The notes under the pieces were generated by a model. The model was not told the origin of the DNA and searched no databases. It was given only the letters and a program-made list of their open reading frames with translations. From Chiloscyllium plagiosum (lineage: Eukaryota), in NCBI RefSeq assembly GCF_004010195.1, contig NC_057719.1, positions 3,597,588 to 3,633,337 on the forward strand: a DNA stretch of 35,750 nucleotides, in the 5' to 3' direction. Positions within the stretch are counted from its first letter, which is position 1. Each line of letters starts with the position of its first letter. Positions 34,578 through 35,750 of the stretch are shown here, in pieces. The position numbers and the translations under genes are program-made.

Positions 34578-34736
34578 TCCAGAGTGTGGTGCTGGAAAAG
34601 CACAGTAGGTGAGGCAGCATCCGAGGAATGGGAGAATTGACGTTTCGGGCATAAACCCTTCATCATTTCCTGATGCTTTTCCAACACCACACTCTCGACT
34701 CTGATTTCCAGCAACTGCAGTCCTCACTTTCTCTCC
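34578..34736. mobile_element. Palindromic PLE-derived mini-element (right arm internally deleted)
   Basis: Inverted PLE termini; 14-bp TSD TTATTACRTGGGAG 34564-34577 / 34737-34750. Confidence 0.8.
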
Positions 34737-35189
34737 TTATTACATGGGAGGCAGATCAGAGAAGGTTCACTTGGATGATCCCCAGCCAGGCTGGGGTTCC
34801 ACTCACTGAAGTTTAGAAGGATGAGCGGTGATCTCATTGAAACATATTGGAGTCTTATGGACTTTGACAGGATCAATGCTGAGAGGGTGTTTCCCCTCAT
34901 GGGAGAGTGTAGGACCAGAGGGCACACTCTCAGAATAAAGGGGCTCCAGTTTCAGACGAAGATGAGGAGGAATTTCTTCTCTCTGAGGGTTATGAGTCTT
35001 TGGACCTCCTTGCCACACAGAGCTCTGGAGACAGAGTCCCTTTGTTCAATAACAGTCCCCAGGGCCTTACCATTGACTGTGTAAGTCCTACCCTGGTTTG
35101 CTTTACCAAAATCTACAATAAACTCCATCTGCCATTCCTCAGCCAATGACCCAGTTCATCAAACTCTAGCTGTATAACCTTCTTCATTG

Positions 35190-35335
35190 GATTATCAGGA
35201 TCCATTCCTGATGAAGGGGTCCTGCCTGAAGCATTGATTTTCCTGCTCCTCAGATGCTGCCTGACCTGCCATGCTTTTCCAGGACCACTCTAATCTTGAC
35301 TCTAATCTCCAGCATCTGTAGTATTCACTTTCACC
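35190..35335 (+). mobile_element. PLE-derived mini-element with degenerate hammerhead
   Basis: ATCAGGA-TCCAT-TCCTGAT inverted stub; 15-bp TSD TAACCTTCTTCATTG 35175-35189 / 35336-35350. Confidence 0.8.
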
Positions 35336-35464
35336 TAACCTTCTTCATTGTCCACTTTACCACCAACCTTGGTGTCATCCACAAACTTATTAACCATACC
35401 TCCTCAAACCTCATCCAAATCATTTATATAAGAGTGAATGTACTGTTAGCAAGTCTGTGGAATA

Positions 35465-35548
35465 CAGAGGAACCTGAATTATCCAAACATCAGTTATCCG
35501 AATTTCAGATGATCCAAAGAAGATCTCAAGATGCCACAAAAAAAATTA
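35465..35548. mobile_element. Left end of a second copy of the same MITE, cut by a SINE
   Basis: TA-CAGAGGAACCTGAATTATCC...TTATCCGAATTTCAGATGATC matches 33039-33090. Confidence 0.75.
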
Positions 35549-35550
35549 GT

Positions 35551-35750
35551 GGGTGGCACGGTGGCACAGTGGTTAGCACTGCTGCTTCACAGTGCCAGAG
35601 ACCCGGGTTCAATTCCCGCCTCAGGCGACTGACTGTGTGGAGTTTGCACGTTCTCCCTGTGTCTGCGTGGGTTTCCTCCGGGTGCTCCGGTTTCCTCCCA
35701 CAGTCCAAAGATGTGCAGGTCAGGTGAATTGGCCATGCTAAATTGCCCGT
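35551..35750 (+). mobile_element. HE1-type V-SINE (runs off the window)
   Basis: A/B boxes and V-domain. Confidence 0.92.

Larger units (their letters stand above)
32680..35040 (+). mobile_element. Old plus-strand CR1 RT/3' remnants, interrupted by a MITE and a PLE insert
   Basis: WIQNWL...SGVPQG...KFA; resumes after 34213 with LYKTFVRPQLEYCVQF; GDLIETY...TRGHTLRI. Confidence 0.7.

Noticed and set aside
21443..35750. Further HHIPL1 exons (expected ECSPYAAHL...)
   Set aside because: No matching peptide seen in the ORF track or by eye; presumably beyond the window (or in the gap).

Overview
Eukaryotic, repeat-dominated DNA from a cartilaginous fish. HE1-type SINEs and shark CR1 families point to a shark; the species cannot be fixed from the sequence. 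The only host gene feature is the first coding exon of HHIPL1 (+ strand, ATG 21164 to splice donor after 21442). Its first intron runs past the end of the window (>14 kb). Almost everything else is nested transposon debris: many CR1 LINE fragments (one ~2.9-kb copy), HE1/V-SINEs, two Tx1/L1-type 3' ends, TcMar DNA-transposon relics and a solo LTR. There is also a decayed gypsy-type LTR retrotransposon with the unusual Gmr1-type order protease-integrase-RT-RNase H. At least nine Penelope-like (PLE) terminal fragments are present, most with minimal hammerhead-ribozyme motifs. Several of these are short palindromic insertions with 10-17 bp target duplications. Other features are a degenerate interstitial telomere-like array, small minisatellites and three assembly gaps. 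I see no convincing wholly new multi-gene system. The most interesting signals are the palindromic hammerhead mini-elements (plus one core-intact hammerhead in sense inside the HHIPL1 intron), the Gmr1-type element, and a CR1 insertion with a ~200-bp flanking duplication. All calls are by eye; no searches were run.
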